In this document: piece by piece, positions 39,130-61,500 of the stretch
Numbering within the stretch: position 1 is the first letter of the stretch
How the letters are laid out: every line of letters begins with the position of its first letter
From: Tubulanus polymorphus
Lineage: Eukaryota; Animalia; Nemertea
Length of the DNA: 64,000 nt
NCBI RefSeq assembly: GCF_964204645.1
Contig: NC_134034.1
Location: forward strand, 12,288,962-12,352,961
Reading direction: 5' to 3'
Made by a program: the position numbers and the translations under genes
The notes under the pieces: generated by a model
What the model was told of the DNA's origin: nothing
Database searches by the model: none
The model's input: only the letters and a program-made list of their open reading frames with translations

Positions 39130-39632
39130 ACTTTAAATTGTCACTATTTTATGTTACCAGACTGTAGAAAATCCCCACATGGGCAATACCAACTAATCAG
39201 CTGTAAGGGGCACCGGACGTTGTGTCCGGTCCGTAGTCTGTAAGCAGCAATTTCTGTTTACTCGGCCAAAAAAGGACTTCTGCAGCTAGAAACATAGTGA
39301 AAACATTTAATGAATTACTGAAACAGCATTGACACCCAGGAATTTAATTTCTTATGTTACTGTAGAAAACTATATCGTGACCCGGCCCTGGTGGTACACG
39401 CTGGAACTACAATAATTGATGAAAATTTCTATCCCGTACAAATATTATCAAATACTCCAAAAACGCATCATTTTGGACGCAATCAAAAAATGGTGGGGTT
39501 TCGGGGCACCCCGTGCACCAAGCAGCGGTCCCAAAATTAGATAAGGTCCGGGTCGTAGTCAATGAGTCCGGTACCACTTGAATTCATCCGGGTATGCTCG
39601 TTGTCAGAAGTCACGTGGTTCACTCCTCCATC
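39130..39632. promoter_or_regulatory. Probable bidirectional promoter ABCF2 / ATP5F1B
   Basis: Start codons are <1 kb apart, head-to-head; probable ABCF2 5' UTR intron (~39131-38884); E-box TCACGTGG at 39611; YY1-like AAGATGGCCGCC at ~39827 and ~40032. Confidence 0.6.
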
Positions 39633-47912
<8,280 letters not shown>

Positions 47913-49022
47913 ACACGATTTAATTTATAATTAGTTAAATAAGATAGTAATCATCATTTTTGCCGACTAACGACCTTCGATGATATAGTTTATTATTAGT
48001 TATTGATGATGAATGAAAATAAACTTGTTCTTTTTGTATTGTAAATTATTTCACGATGGTTTTGTCGACTGCGGCAAGTGAGTGTGTCAGTGTGTTTAGA
48101 AAAGGAGAAATATATGTATATTATTGATATCCAATGGAATACGTAGGACTCGGATTTTCATCATCAACGTCTTGTGGTGAAATATTTCGCGACCTTCCAG
48201 CAGGATCTGTGCTAATGAATCCGAACTGTTTTCTCTGAACCGGTCTCTTCTCGGCGGAAATCATCGCAATGAGTTGATAGTTCGGTCATGTTTTCATCGA
48301 CTGTTCCTCCGTCTTGGGAAGAAACTTTTTTGATTGCTAGGATAAACGATAATTCTGTACATTTTGTGGGGTGAATTAAATAAATTAATGGAAAAAAATG
48401 CACGGAATTTGTCTTTTTTGTCGAGTATAAGTAGACGATACATTTCAGTCAATGTACACCGCTCTGTACAGAACAAAGGATCATTGAGGAACGGCAGTAG
48501 TACTTCGTAGTGGGTTCGAATCTACTATTAGTAAGCCAATGGACAGGAGGAATGGGACACATGCCAGTCTAAGCTCTTGTAATCATTTATTCCAACTAAT
48601 TTGTTTGACGAATGCATCAATCAGAAATTTACAAAAGTAGAAAAAAAGGGACGTGTCGTTTTGGTCTCTCACGCTAGGGTCGAATTCTGTTTAACACCTA
48701 AATATTTCGAGCCAGGAAAAGTGTTGAATCACGTGTTCTTCCACCCCACTCGAATAACTCGTCTGATTCACGGGATAACAGAATACACCTCGGCCTGGGA
48801 ACTGGACTGGTTGCCTGTCCCAGAGACCGGTGACCAGTCTACCTGTGCATCCACATCCAACTAATCAACGAGAGCCCGATGTACCAATTTTACCTACTCG
48901 ATTCAGTGCATTCCACCGTATTTCAAATACACAATCTATGGACACTCAGATTTCAAATAAACTTATCCATACGTCGGTTCGTGTTCGAGTTTTCTATATA
49001 GATTGTACCGAGTCTCATGACT

Positions 49023-49032
49023 GTCATGTGAC
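49023..49032 (+). promoter_or_regulatory. CLEAR/M-box-like site GTCATGTGAC upstream of progranulin
   Basis: 9/10 match to GTCACGTGAC, ~60 bp before a GTAAGT donor (49093) of a likely non-coding first exon. Confidence 0.55.
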
Positions 49033-49594
49033 CAGTCACCGGTTCGGTTTTGTTATTTTTATGTCAGGAGAGTAGTTTCGGTTCTGACGGCGGTAAGTTA
49101 AGTTTTATCTCCTTTGGGCTGGTTGACAGTCTATTTTTTTGTGCGAACAGTGTGAGGCAATTAATCTGCGTTCATGCATAAACCATTTAAGGATGATTTA
49201 TTGTAAAGAAAATCAGAAAATTAAATTCTCAATTAAATTCAAAATCAATCTCGCAACAATAACTCGTTGCGACTTTCAGTTTCAGTTTCTCTTTTTTATC
49301 GATTTGGTCTTATTTCAGTTAAAATGAATGTTGGATGTCATTTTTAAGGGCGACGCAACTGCAGTTTAGCTATTCCCAACTAACATTGTTAGAATACCAT
49401 AACACTATCCTTTGAAATAAAACTAGCGTCACACAATGGAAAGCTGCAGTTTTAAGTCACCTTAAGGTGACTTAAAACTGCAGTTTCATTGTTTTTTATT
49501 GAGGGCACCAGGAGACTAGAAAATCAAAACGACATTGCAAAAAATCCATCAAGCTATCTTGAACTAACTCATTATTATTTTATGTTTTTTAGAG

Positions 49595-52500
49595 ATGGCA
49601 AAATTAATCAGTACCACTCTTTTGCTGCTTTGCGTTGAATTATATTCGGCGCAGAAGTTGTTTTTCGAGCCAGCGACATCGCCCGTACGCGAGAGTAGCT
49701 CCCAGACGGCTGTTATTTGTCCCGATAAAAGGAGTACATGCCCGAACGGATCAACTTGCTGTGCTCTCGGTGCTGGCACATACGGCTGCTGTCCGCTTCC
49801 AAAGGTGAGAGAAATGTCCTGGGTTCACCCACTGGTTTAGGTTTACTTGGTCTGGGTTCATCTCTTCTAGATTTACCAGTCTAGCTTTACTGGAACTTTA
49901 CCTCTTCCATTTACATGTTCTTGATAAACCAGTTTTTTGTCAACCCTTTCTAGATTTATATCTAATAGGTTTAAACAAGCCACAGCGGCTACATATTTAG
50001 TTACATCCACATTTACTTATTCTATGTTGACCTGAGCTTCTAGATCTGAAATGTTCTAAGTAATGACCTCTTCTGATGCTCCATTTGAAAATTGTTTGAT
50101 TAAATTATTTGACCGTTTACCGTACCTTGATGTTTTAGTTGGGTATTATTTTTTTAGTAAAATATAATCATCGTTTAGTTAAGTTCACGTGTCAACTTTT
50201 TGTATTAGACAATTTTGGACTAGCATCTTCTAAAATTGTCTAAAACGGATTTAGAAATTTCAGTGCTATATCTAAAAAGGCTTATGTCTACTGACTTAAT
50301 AAACGAATTTTTTTTTTTTTTGGTCAATTAGTTTTACTTTGTTTCCATCTCTCTTTATTCCTCCTTCATTTCCATTGTATCCTCTCAACCTGATTCTTTA
50401 TTCATCCCTGGATTCTTTGTTCATCCCTTTATTCATCCTCCTCAACCCAATAGGCTGTTTGCTGTAATGATCACTTACATTGTTGTCCATCTGGTACAAC
50501 CTGCGATGTGACTGCTGGAAAATGTAACCGAGGCAGATTATCATTTGCCATGGTTACAAAAATTGCAGCATCTCCGTCAAATGAGATGCTCTCTTCCAAT
50601 GTGATCTGTCCAGATCAGGGCACATGTCCAACTGGTAATACATGTTGTCAACTAAGTTCTGGAGGTTATGGATGTTGTCCTTTGCCTCAAGTAAGTTTTC
50701 ATCTTGAGCTTCTTGAAACGTTGAAATAAACTACTATCTCGAAGTTTCATTTTCGGACTTTTTATTATCATTGTGGGATTCTCTCCTCTTCTTTTCTCCT
50801 TCTCAACCTTCTGTCCCATCCTTCCTCGTGTGCAGGCTGTTTGCTGTAATGATCACTTACATTGTTGTCCATCTGGTACAACCTGCGATGTGACTGCTGG
50901 CAAATGTAACAGAGCCGATGGTTCATCTGTTGCTATGGTGAAGAAAGTTCCTGCTCTTCCACAATCAGTTTTATGCCCGGATAAACAAGGAACTTGTCCA
51001 ACTGGTAGCACTTGTTGTTTGCTTGGAAGTGGAAAATATGGTTGCTGTCCTCTCCCAAACGTAAGGACTCTTTTCCCTCTTAATGGAACTGTTCCATATT
51101 TCTATTCAGTAATTTTCTTAAATTGTAAAATGTCTTGTTTCTTTTCTCCTTCCCAACCTTCTGTCCCATCCTTCCTCGTGTGCAGGCTGTTTGCTGTAAG
51201 GATCACTTACATTGTTGTCCATCTGGTACGACCTGCGATGTGACTGCTGGAAAATGTAACCGAGGCAGATTATCATTTGCCATGGTTACAAAAATTGCAG
51301 CATCTCCGTCAAATGAGATGCTCCCTTCCAATGTGATCTGTCCAGATCAGGGCACGTGTCCAACTGGTAATACATGTTGTCTACTAAGTTCTGGAGGTTA
51401 TGGATGCTGTCCATTGCCTCAAGTAAGTTTTCATCATGAGCTTCTTGAAACCAATTTTGATATAACAGGTTCTCTGTAAATCTCTTCTCTTTCCACCTCT
51501 CCAACCCTCCTTCTCAACCCAATAGGCTGTTTGCTGTAATGATCACTTACATTGTTGTCCATCTGGTACAACCTGCGATGTGACTGCTGGCAAATGTAAC
51601 AGAGCCGATGGTTCTTCTGTTGCTATGGTGAAGAAACTTCCTGCTCTTCCACAATCAGTTTTATGTCCGGATAAACAAGGAACTTGTCCAACTGGTAGCA
51701 CTTGTTGTTTGCTTGGAAGTGGAAAATATGGATGCTGTCCTCTCCCAAACGTAAGGACTCTTTTCCCTCTTAATGGAACTGCTCCATATTTCTATTCAGT
51801 AATTTTCTTAAATTGTAAAATGTCTTGTTTCTTTTCTCCTTCCCAACCTTCTGTCCCATCCTTCCTCGTGTGCAGGCTGTTTGCTGTAAGGATCACTTAC
51901 ATTGTTGTCCATCTGGTACGACCTGCGATGTGACTGCTGGAAAATGTAACCGAGGCAGATTATCATTTGCCATGGTTACAAAAATTGCAGCATCCTCGTC
52001 AAATGAGATGCTCTCTTCCAATGTGATCTGTCCAGATCAGGGCACGTGTCCAACTGGTAATACATGTTGTCTACTAAGTTCTGGAGGTTATGGATGCTGT
52101 CCATTGCCTCAAGTAAGTTTTCATCATGAGCTTCTTGAAACCAATTTTGATATAACAGGTTCTCTGTAAATCTCTTCTCTTTCCACCTCTCCAACCCTCC
52201 TTCTCAACCCAATAGGCTGTTTGCTGTAGCGATCGCTTACATTGTTGTCCATCTGGTACAACCTGCGATGTGACTGCTGGCAAATGTAACAGAGCCGATG
52301 GTTCTTCTGTTGCTATGGTGAAGAAAGTTCCTGCTCTTCCACAATCAGTTTTATGTCCGGATAAACAAGGAACTTGTCCAACTGGTAGCACTTGTTGTTT
52401 GCTTGGAAGTGGAAAATATGGATGCTGTCCTCTCCCAAATGTAAGGACTCCCTTCCCTCTTAATGGAACTGTTCCATATTTCTATTCAGTAATTTTCTTA

Positions 52501-55500
52501 AATTGTAAAATGTCTTGTTTCTTTTCTCCTTCCCAACCTTCTGTCCCATCCTTCCTCGCGTGCAGGCTGTTTGCTGTAATGATCACTTACATTGTTGTCC
52601 ATCTGGTACAACCTGCGATGTGACTGCTGGCAAATGTAATAGAGCCGATGGTTCTTCTGTTGCTATGGTGAAGAAAGTTCCTGCTCTTCCACAATCAGTT
52701 TTATGTCCGGATAAACAAGGAACTTGTCCAACTGGTAGCACTTGTTGTTTGCTTGGAAGTGGAAAATATGGTTGCTGTCCTCTCCCAAATGTAAGGTCTC
52801 CCTTCCCTCTTAACCCTTTCAGTGCGTCTACACCGCAGTGTGGTGTATAAATCAGTGATGGATTTTGCTAGTACACCGCACTGCGGTGTATTGATGTAAT
52901 TAGTAATTTGTAATTATCTCTATTGAAAAATGGCAGCAAGTGTCAAACATAGAGAAATACTAGTAACTAACGATACACCGCACTGCGGTGTAGACGCACT
53001 GTAGTGGTATTCCCATTGTTCAACACACTAGGGTGGAATTTTTTAGAATTTGCAAATTTTCTCCAGCACTATAGGGTATTAATTAGTCAGCACTGAAAGG
53101 GTTAATGGAACTGCTCCATATTTCTATTCAGTAATTTTCTTAAATTGTAAAATGTCTTGTTTCTTTTCTCCTTCCCAACCTTCTGTCCCATCCTTCCTCG
53201 TGTGCAGGCTGTTTGCTGTAAGGATCACTTACATTGTTGTCCATCTGGTACAACCTGCGATGTGACTGCTGGAAAATGTAACCGAGGCAGATTATCATTT
53301 GCCATGGTAACAAAAATTGCAGCATCCCCGTCAAATGAAATGCTCCCTTCCAATGTGATCTGTCCAGATCAGGGCACATGTCCAACTGGTAATACATGTT
53401 GTCTACTAAGTTCTGGAGGTTATGGATGTTGTCCTTTGCCTCAAGTAAGTTTTCATCATGAGCTTCTTGAAACCAATTTTGATATAACAGGTTCTCTGTA
53501 AATCTCTTCTCTTTCCACCTCTCCAACCCTCCTTCTCAACCCAATAGGCTGTTTGCTGTAGCGATCGCTTACATTGTTGTCCATCTGGTACAACCTGCGA
53601 TGTGACTGCTGGCAAATGTAATAGAGCCGATGGTTCATCTGTTGCTATGGTGAAGAAAGTTCCTGCTCTTCCACAATCAGTTTTATGTCCGGATAAACAA
53701 GGAACTTGTCCAACTGGTAGCACTTGTTGTTTGCTTACCAGTGGAACATATGGATGCTGCCCTCTCCCAAATGTAAGGTTACCACATAATTTTGTGTAAG
53801 GTTTTGCCTCTAAGAGATTTTTGTCTTCATTTCATTCTCTGCATGGTAACTAATGCCGCGTTGTTCTCTTTTCAAACAGGCTGTCTGCTGTAAGGATCAC
53901 TTGCATTGTTGTCCAGCTGGTACGACCTGCGATACAGTTCAATCAAAATGCAACCGAGGAAATGGTGAAACAGTCGCCATGGTGAAGAAAGTTAAAGCAC
54001 ATATTGTTGTGAAGGAAAATGTTACGTGTCCCGATGGCGGAATCTGTCCCTCCGGTCAGAAGTGTTGTAAAATTACGGCTTTGACTTACGGTTGCTGCGC
54101 CTACCACACCGTACGTAGATTTATTTTCCATCCCTTTCATGAACCTTTGCAGGGTTTGATCTAAGGAATGAAAGCCACTTACCCGGGGGCAAGCATATCT
54201 GAAATTATGCATGACCCCTTAAAAATCTACTTGCCCTACACAGGCAGCCCGAATATAGGCATATTCATCCATTGTATCGAGTGGGGAAAAAGCTTTGAGA
54301 CATAAAATGGAACAAGCGACAAGTGAAAATGATAACCTTCTTCCCCTAATGAGAATATACTTGTCTTGGGCAATCAGACAACTGCTTAGATTGCACCCTA
54401 CTTTGCCTTGAATCATTTCATCAAACAGTCTAATTCACTTCCGTCGTCGTAGCTGTGATGATCATTATGTTGACGACTTATTCCAATGACGACTTAAACT
54501 TATATAGTATTGCGAATTTGAAATACAAATTGGAATTTTATAAGTAGTGGTTACTCACGCAATGTGAAGACTTACCTGACGATGACTTAAGCGACTTTGA
54601 CTAGTTTTTCGTACTGCAATACTCTGGGTTGTAACTTTTTATCATTGAATGATTATATAAGAGTATTTCTTTAACTATTCTAATATTCCTACTTAATTAA
54701 TGGTGATGATTTTTTCGATTGGTTTAATTTTGTTTTCGTGCAGGGCGTCTGTTGTGAAGGTCGATATTGTTGTCCCGAAGGATCGACGTGTTCGAAAACG
54801 CATACATGTGTCACGTCGTCGAGACGTCCAGCCGCGTCGAAAACCCTGACCAAGTCAATTCGATTATCCAATATCATCTGCCCAGATGGGCGATCCCAAT
54901 GCCCCGAAGCAAGTACTTGTTGTAAATTAGCTTCTAAAGAATATGGATGCTGTCCATTGCCTCATGTAAGTATAGTTGATGACATACCACATGAGGGGTT
55001 AGTTTTGTAACTGAAGGCGATATTTCAGTTGGGAATTGTTGTTAAGAATTTAGAAAATGTTATTTCAATCATCTGCCGTTGAGTATTCTTATCTTGTGGT
55101 TCCTCAATCGTCACAGTTGGTTTTGCTCTCAGTTTTTGAACAGAATTCAATTTTCTATATTCAGGCTGTTTGCTGCAGCGACGGCTCACATTGCTGTCCA
55201 GGGGGTACTACCTGCAATTTGTCTGCTGGAAAATGTGAAAGCGCTGACGGTTCATTTGTCGCTTTGGTGAAAAAAAGTGCTGCTAAAAGCAGTGGTGCGG
55301 TTGAATCATTGAAATCAGGTCCTATTTGTCCTGACAAGACTCACGCCTGTTCGTCTGGAAATACATGCTGTCAACAAGCACCCGGGAAATATGGATGCTG
55401 TCCTTTACCGAATGTACGTAAAGCAGACAACACTTGATGATATCATTTCATGTTCAAGAACATATTCATCTACTGTTAGAGATCCTTCCCAAACATCCAA

Positions 55501-58500
55501 ATATCGCTTCATGGGATCATCTAATTGTCTGTAGATGGGAAATCTGCTTCCATTATTCCCCATATGAAATCATAATCAAATTGTCAATAGATTTTTAGAG
55601 AGATGTCTGCCTCCGTAATTCCCCGTGTGATATCATCAAATGTCTGTTTTTGTGGAAAAGATATCCGCTACATAAATCCCCCTATAACATCATGGATATG
55701 TTACGTGTCGATAATATTTTTGTGTAGGCTGTCTGTTGTAATAACAGTAACTATTGTTGCCCCGCCGGAACGCACTGTAGTTTACACTACACTTGCGCTA
55801 AAGATGGCGTCGTCATCGGTGCGATCGCGAAAACATTGCCGCCAGTGGATGTCATCTGTGACGACGGTTTGACGACTTGTCCGACAAACTGGACGTGTTG
55901 TAAAGTGGCCACCGGTCGTTGGGGTTGTTGTCCATTTCAAAATGTGAGCACGGAAAATATATCAGTTTGATTTTCCAAATATCCTGCTTGAATTCCTTCC
56001 GTTATCCCAGCAGCAGTTGAGGATTCCTTCTCTGGCAATCGACGATCCACCAGGGTGTGCTTTTACAAATCAGTACTACTATCGATTAGTTCACCGTCTG
56101 CTTAAGGTCCACGATGTGTGATTATTGTAGTAATCATTGCTATCCTTAGCATTTAAAGCTTCTTCCTCTGGCAATCGATGATCTACCAGATGTGCTTGCA
56201 GTAATCGATGAGGAATTTGATCGGAAATGTTATGATTTCTTAAGTGCTTAACCTTAGCCTGTCCGAAGCTTGCCTCTGATCAGATCAGTCATTGTGTGTT
56301 GATCAAACATTGCTTTGAACAATCAATCGAATGCTTTCGAAAAACGCCGATATCGCTTCGTCTGCCCTCTATACTGATCAGCAGCTGTCGTGGAAACTAA
56401 ATTCACGTTTTGCTGTTTCAGGCGCACTGTTGTCAGGGTGGAACGCATTGTTGTCCACAAAGCGATTACTGTGACGGTTCGTCACAAACTTGCAAGAACA
56501 GCTTGGGATTTCCTGTCGTTAAAACGGCCAGAAAGATTCCGGCTCGTCCCCTGAATATAGTCGTCTGCCCTGGTGGTCAGGAGTTCTGCCTCGATGGAAG
56601 TACATGCTGTAAACAGACTAGTGGAGCGTGGGGCTGTTGTCCTCTACCACAGGTACGTCGGTTTCTAGCCTCCATGACTCACGGATGTGGATCCAGGAGT
56701 GACTTCCGACCAATAGCAAGACGACCCTTTACCGGCAAAATAGCTCTAAAACAAAAACGATATCCCCGATTCTCCATTCCCTTACTAAGACAGTCTCGCT
56801 TACTGAGGTTCTGTAGTTATAATGTTATCTATTCTGACGAATTGCACAAAGGAAAAAATTGATTGACCCCTAATTTCTCGTATGAAGGAAGCATTTAGGA
56901 ATATTACTGAAATAACTGTGAGCCTCATTTAACACATCAGTAACAGTTACAGTGTAGTAGCCTATATAGTAGTGACTAATTGCTTCCTGGTCAAAATACT
57001 GCCACCAAACGTATATCATATCATCTGAAAGCCATATGTCTCTCTGTTAAAAACTGGTTTCACTATTGTTCTATCTTGATTAGTTTACAAGATATCGTAC
57101 CCTAATCGTACCCTTGGTGTGAATTTAGCACAATTAGTAGAGTTAAATGTCACGAGACCGTCAATCTCTCATGTTTTAACCACAATACCGCGAGACTGAT
57201 AAGATATCTTAAAAAAAAAAAACTCGTGACGTGTTTTCGAGCACAATGCTCGTGTTTTCTGTTGTTTCGACACGTACCGGGGTAAAGTTCAAACTGTTGT
57301 TAAGTGTTGTTCATTGCACTCGGTGAAGTTTGTTCTTTTGTACTTGATATTAAAGAATGTAGATATATACAGTACTGGTACATGTACCGCGATTGCACGT
57401 GCGTCCATCGGATATGTCCACCTCCTTTAAGTCCCCCTATGACGTCATAGTTACCGCATCAATTCAATGATGCTGGGATTAATTCGGGCGGCTTTCTTTT
57501 CTGAACCAAGGCGATTATAGAACTGGATCCAGTTCGACAGTTGAGGGTTACAGGTAACTCTGAACTCAGGATCCAGTTCGACAGTTGTGAGTTAGAGTTA
57601 ACTCTGAACTCAGGATCCAGTTCCACAGTTGTGAGTTACAGTTAACTCTGAACTCAGGATCCAGTTCTACTGTTGTGACTTAGAGTTAACTCTGAACTCA
57701 GGATCCAGTTCGACAGTTGAGGTTTTACAGGTAACTCTGAACTCAGGATCCAGTTCCACAGTTGTGAGATTTTCAATGAATTAACTCCGACTAAATTCTC
57801 AACCCAGAACCGTGTTACTTGCTCTAGAAGTTCAAAAATAGGAAATTCAATTGATGGACGCAGATAACACTTTGTGTAGATGATTTACGTTATCATGGAG
57901 TATTTAAGGAGGTAGATTTCTGGAACGTTCCTATCTCGTTCGGTTAATGTGCATTTCATACACATGAACGCTGGGGATTTCGGAATAAAGCGAGTCATGA
58001 TCTACTTTAAATGCTATTTATCTATAAACTCACGATCGAGGATGTAAAAATTCAATTGATATGTTCTCTTATCCAAACCTGAGACACAATTGTTGTGGAT
58101 ATTTGCTCTATGATTCATTGAACTCATACCTACTTCAGATACAATACTCTCCGATATCTGATCTAAGCTTATCTTGGTCCTAAAAACCCCAAAGTAGAAA
58201 TGTTTAACGAAATTCAACTGGGTCGACAGAGAACTGAGACAAGAGTCAAATTAAACCGGCACAACTGTTGAACTGGGACAAGAGTCAAATTAAACCCACA
58301 CAACTGTGGAACTGGGTGCAGAGTCAAATTAAACCCACACAACTGTGGAACTGGGTGCAGTCAAATTAAACCCACACAACTGTGGAACTGGATCCAGAGT
58401 CAAATTAAACCCTCACAACTGTGGAACTGGATCCAGAGTCAATTTAAACACACTCAACTGTGCAACTGGGACAAAGTCAAGTTAAACACACACAACTGTG

Positions 58501-61500
58501 GAACTAGATCCAGAGTTGAATCAAAATGTCACTTTTCTTTTTACCCATGCTAGATTATTGAAAAGATAAACGTACGTTGCTATAGGTATTAACTTGATAT
58601 TTGTTTGATACTTCAGGCTGTATGCTGTTCAGATAATATCCACTGTTGCCCGACAGGTACCAAGTGTGACGTAGCTCACGGTAAATGTCTCCGAGGCAAC
58701 GGTTCATTGTTACCGATGGTTAAAAAGTCACCAGCGAAAACGGTTAAAAGTAAAGTATGCCCGGATCGTGAATCACGATGTCCTGATGATAATACTTGCT
58801 GTAAATTGAGTACTGGAATGTACGGCTGCTGTCCATTGCCCGAGGTAAATATTGGTCGAAGAATTTTTGTATCCAGAATTAAGTTTGTTTTCAATCAAAT
58901 CAACTCTTGAAAGAGTCAAATTAAGCCCACATAACTGTGGAACTGGATCCATTCAAATTAAACCTACACAATTATGGAACTGGGTTCAGAGTCATGTTAA
59001 ACCTACACAACTGTGGAACTGGGTTCAGAGTCATGTTAAACCTATACAACTGTGGAACTGGCTTCAGAGTCATGTTAAACCTACACAACTGTGGAACTGG
59101 GTTCAGAGTCAAATTAAACCCACACAACTGTGGAACTGGGTTCAGAGTCATATTAAACCTACACAACTGTGAAACTGGATTCAGAGTTATCTGAGTTAGC
59201 AGGTCCAGATTCAAATAAAATTCACTTGTCCTCACTGTATTTCGATCTAATTTTCATTTCAGGCTGATTGTTGTAGTGATGGAACTCACTGCTGTCCGAA
59301 AACTTATAAATGCGACACCAAACACAGAAAGTGCGTCCGAAACTTCGAGTCTATTCCGTGGTTCGAGAAAACTGCTGCCATTTCTCGAACGCCGCCGAAA
59401 AAACTCAACGAAGTCGTCTGCCCCGGAGGTCAGGTACGTGAGAAACGAAATGGAAAATGTAAAACCAACAAAAGTGGGAAAATAGATGAATGAGTTTCTG
59501 GGTGAATTGAACAATGTGCCGTAGGGGGGGAGCCGGTTCCATAGTCGCAAAGTGATCTGATTTTTACCACTATCCCATGAATATGAATGCCTCAATATTT
59601 TATAGATGGTTTATTAACACTTTCCCGTGGAACGCGATCGTTTTCTATTGAGCCCTATGATCCCCATGTTCGTTTGTTTACGTTCCAGTATCAATGCCCA
59701 GATCGAACGACGTGTTGTGAAATGTCCACTCCTGGAACGTACGGATGTTGCCCTCAACCGCTGGCCGTCTGCTGTTCCGATCATCAACATTGTTGTCCGC
59801 ACGGTTATACATGCAACGGACAGGGACAATGTGCAAAAGTACGTGAAATAATGATGTGAAATTGCTCTTTTTACACGCTCGACTTGTTGCCGGTTACCGG
59901 TATGTTGATAAAGAGTAGATTTACGATTGATGAAACACTCCAAGTCTGTGTTGTAAAGATAGTATAAAATCCCCTGCACGCTAGAAGAAAAAGGATTCGA
60001 AAGTTTTTTCATTCCATCTTCATGACTTAATTGCCGTAGTCCCTTTGTCCTGATAGTATACCTCATAATTTTCTTACAACGCTAGTATTCCTGAAGATGA
60101 CTACATTGTATTTAGATAGCTCAAGGAATATCGTCGTTCCTGAAGATGACTATTAGGATAATGTTGAAACATAGAATGAAACAAATTAGTTCAAGGAAAC
60201 ATTTCAGACTTGTTTTATTTATTCCTAGTTTCGGATTCTGTATAATTAGTATATTTATTTCAATGATGGCCGTGAATTTTCATCGTGATTCTCTCACTGC
60301 ATTTTTATTTTCAGGCCGGTGCTGAAACTATAGCCGCGTCTCGAAAGTTGCCCGCGAAGCCGCGCTCCGAAAACCATTTGACGTTGGTAAGGTGTCCCGA
60401 CCGATCTACATGCCCAGATGGTGCTACGTGCTGTCAGCTCGCTTCTGGACATTTCGGCTGTTGCCCGTTCCCAAAGGTAAAAGCAAACCGCATAGATATT
60501 AGTTACCTATATCTCAGTCTAATTTTTAAGGAGGATCTGGTAATGCTACTGTGGTAAGTGAGGATTCACCGGGGTTCATTAGTGCACAGTACAATGGTGC
60601 CGTATTCAAATTTTATCCATAGCTTGCTCAAATTTGACGAAAAATGAATGAAAATCAAGCAATCTTTGAACCGTCCATCTAGAGACTTGATTTGTCTGAT
60701 TTCTGTCATGGGAGGATGAAAATGTAGATGGAAGTAACTGGAAAATGAGTTAACGTTGATTAACTGATATGTCTTTGAGATTTCGGTGTCGCCATCTAGT
60801 GTGATAACAGGACTTTATATCGTATTTTCTGTAATTGTTTCATAGGCTGCTTGTTGTAAGGACCGAGTTCACTGCTGTCCGAATGGGTATAGCTGTTCAG
60901 GCCAGGGAACCTGTGTCCGAGTAAGTCTATTGCTATTTCCTTTGCACATTCACATTTTCGAATATATTTCCGAAGAAATGATATCGAAAAAATGTTTTTT
61001 CTAAGTATAACGTTCCGCAGCTATAAAGAACTATATGACCTTAATGTAAAATCTCACAACTGTTGAAAGTTTATTTTATATACTAAGAATATTTTGGGCG
61101 GTCTCTACCACCCTTCTTCAGTCTAAAATGACTTCTAGGGCAGAAAAAAATGAATTTTAGACTGCAGAAGGGCGATATGAGCCCCTGGAATATTTCTAGC
61201 ATTTAGAAAAATATCTTCAACAATTGTCAGATTTTACATTTATTGTATTACGGATCTTATTGAATCATTCATAGGTTATCTTACCCCTTTCGCTCTTATT
61301 TACGCGATTCGAAGCGTTAAGAGAGAGAAGTTTTCGATCGTTTTGTTGATATCCGTCGTTTCGTTTTTTTTTCTTTAGGCCGGCGAAAAATCAATTCCTT
61401 GGCTCAAAAAGACGGCTGCGAAACCGGCTTCACTGAAAGCAGACGTTAGTGAGGTCATCTGTCCGGATCAATCGGCTTGTCCGAACGGTAATACTTGTTG

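Noticed and set aside
57525-59185. CRISPR-like regularly spaced repeats
   Set aside because: Intervening sequences are themselves repeated (no unique spacers), the context is a eukaryotic intron, and there are no cas genes.
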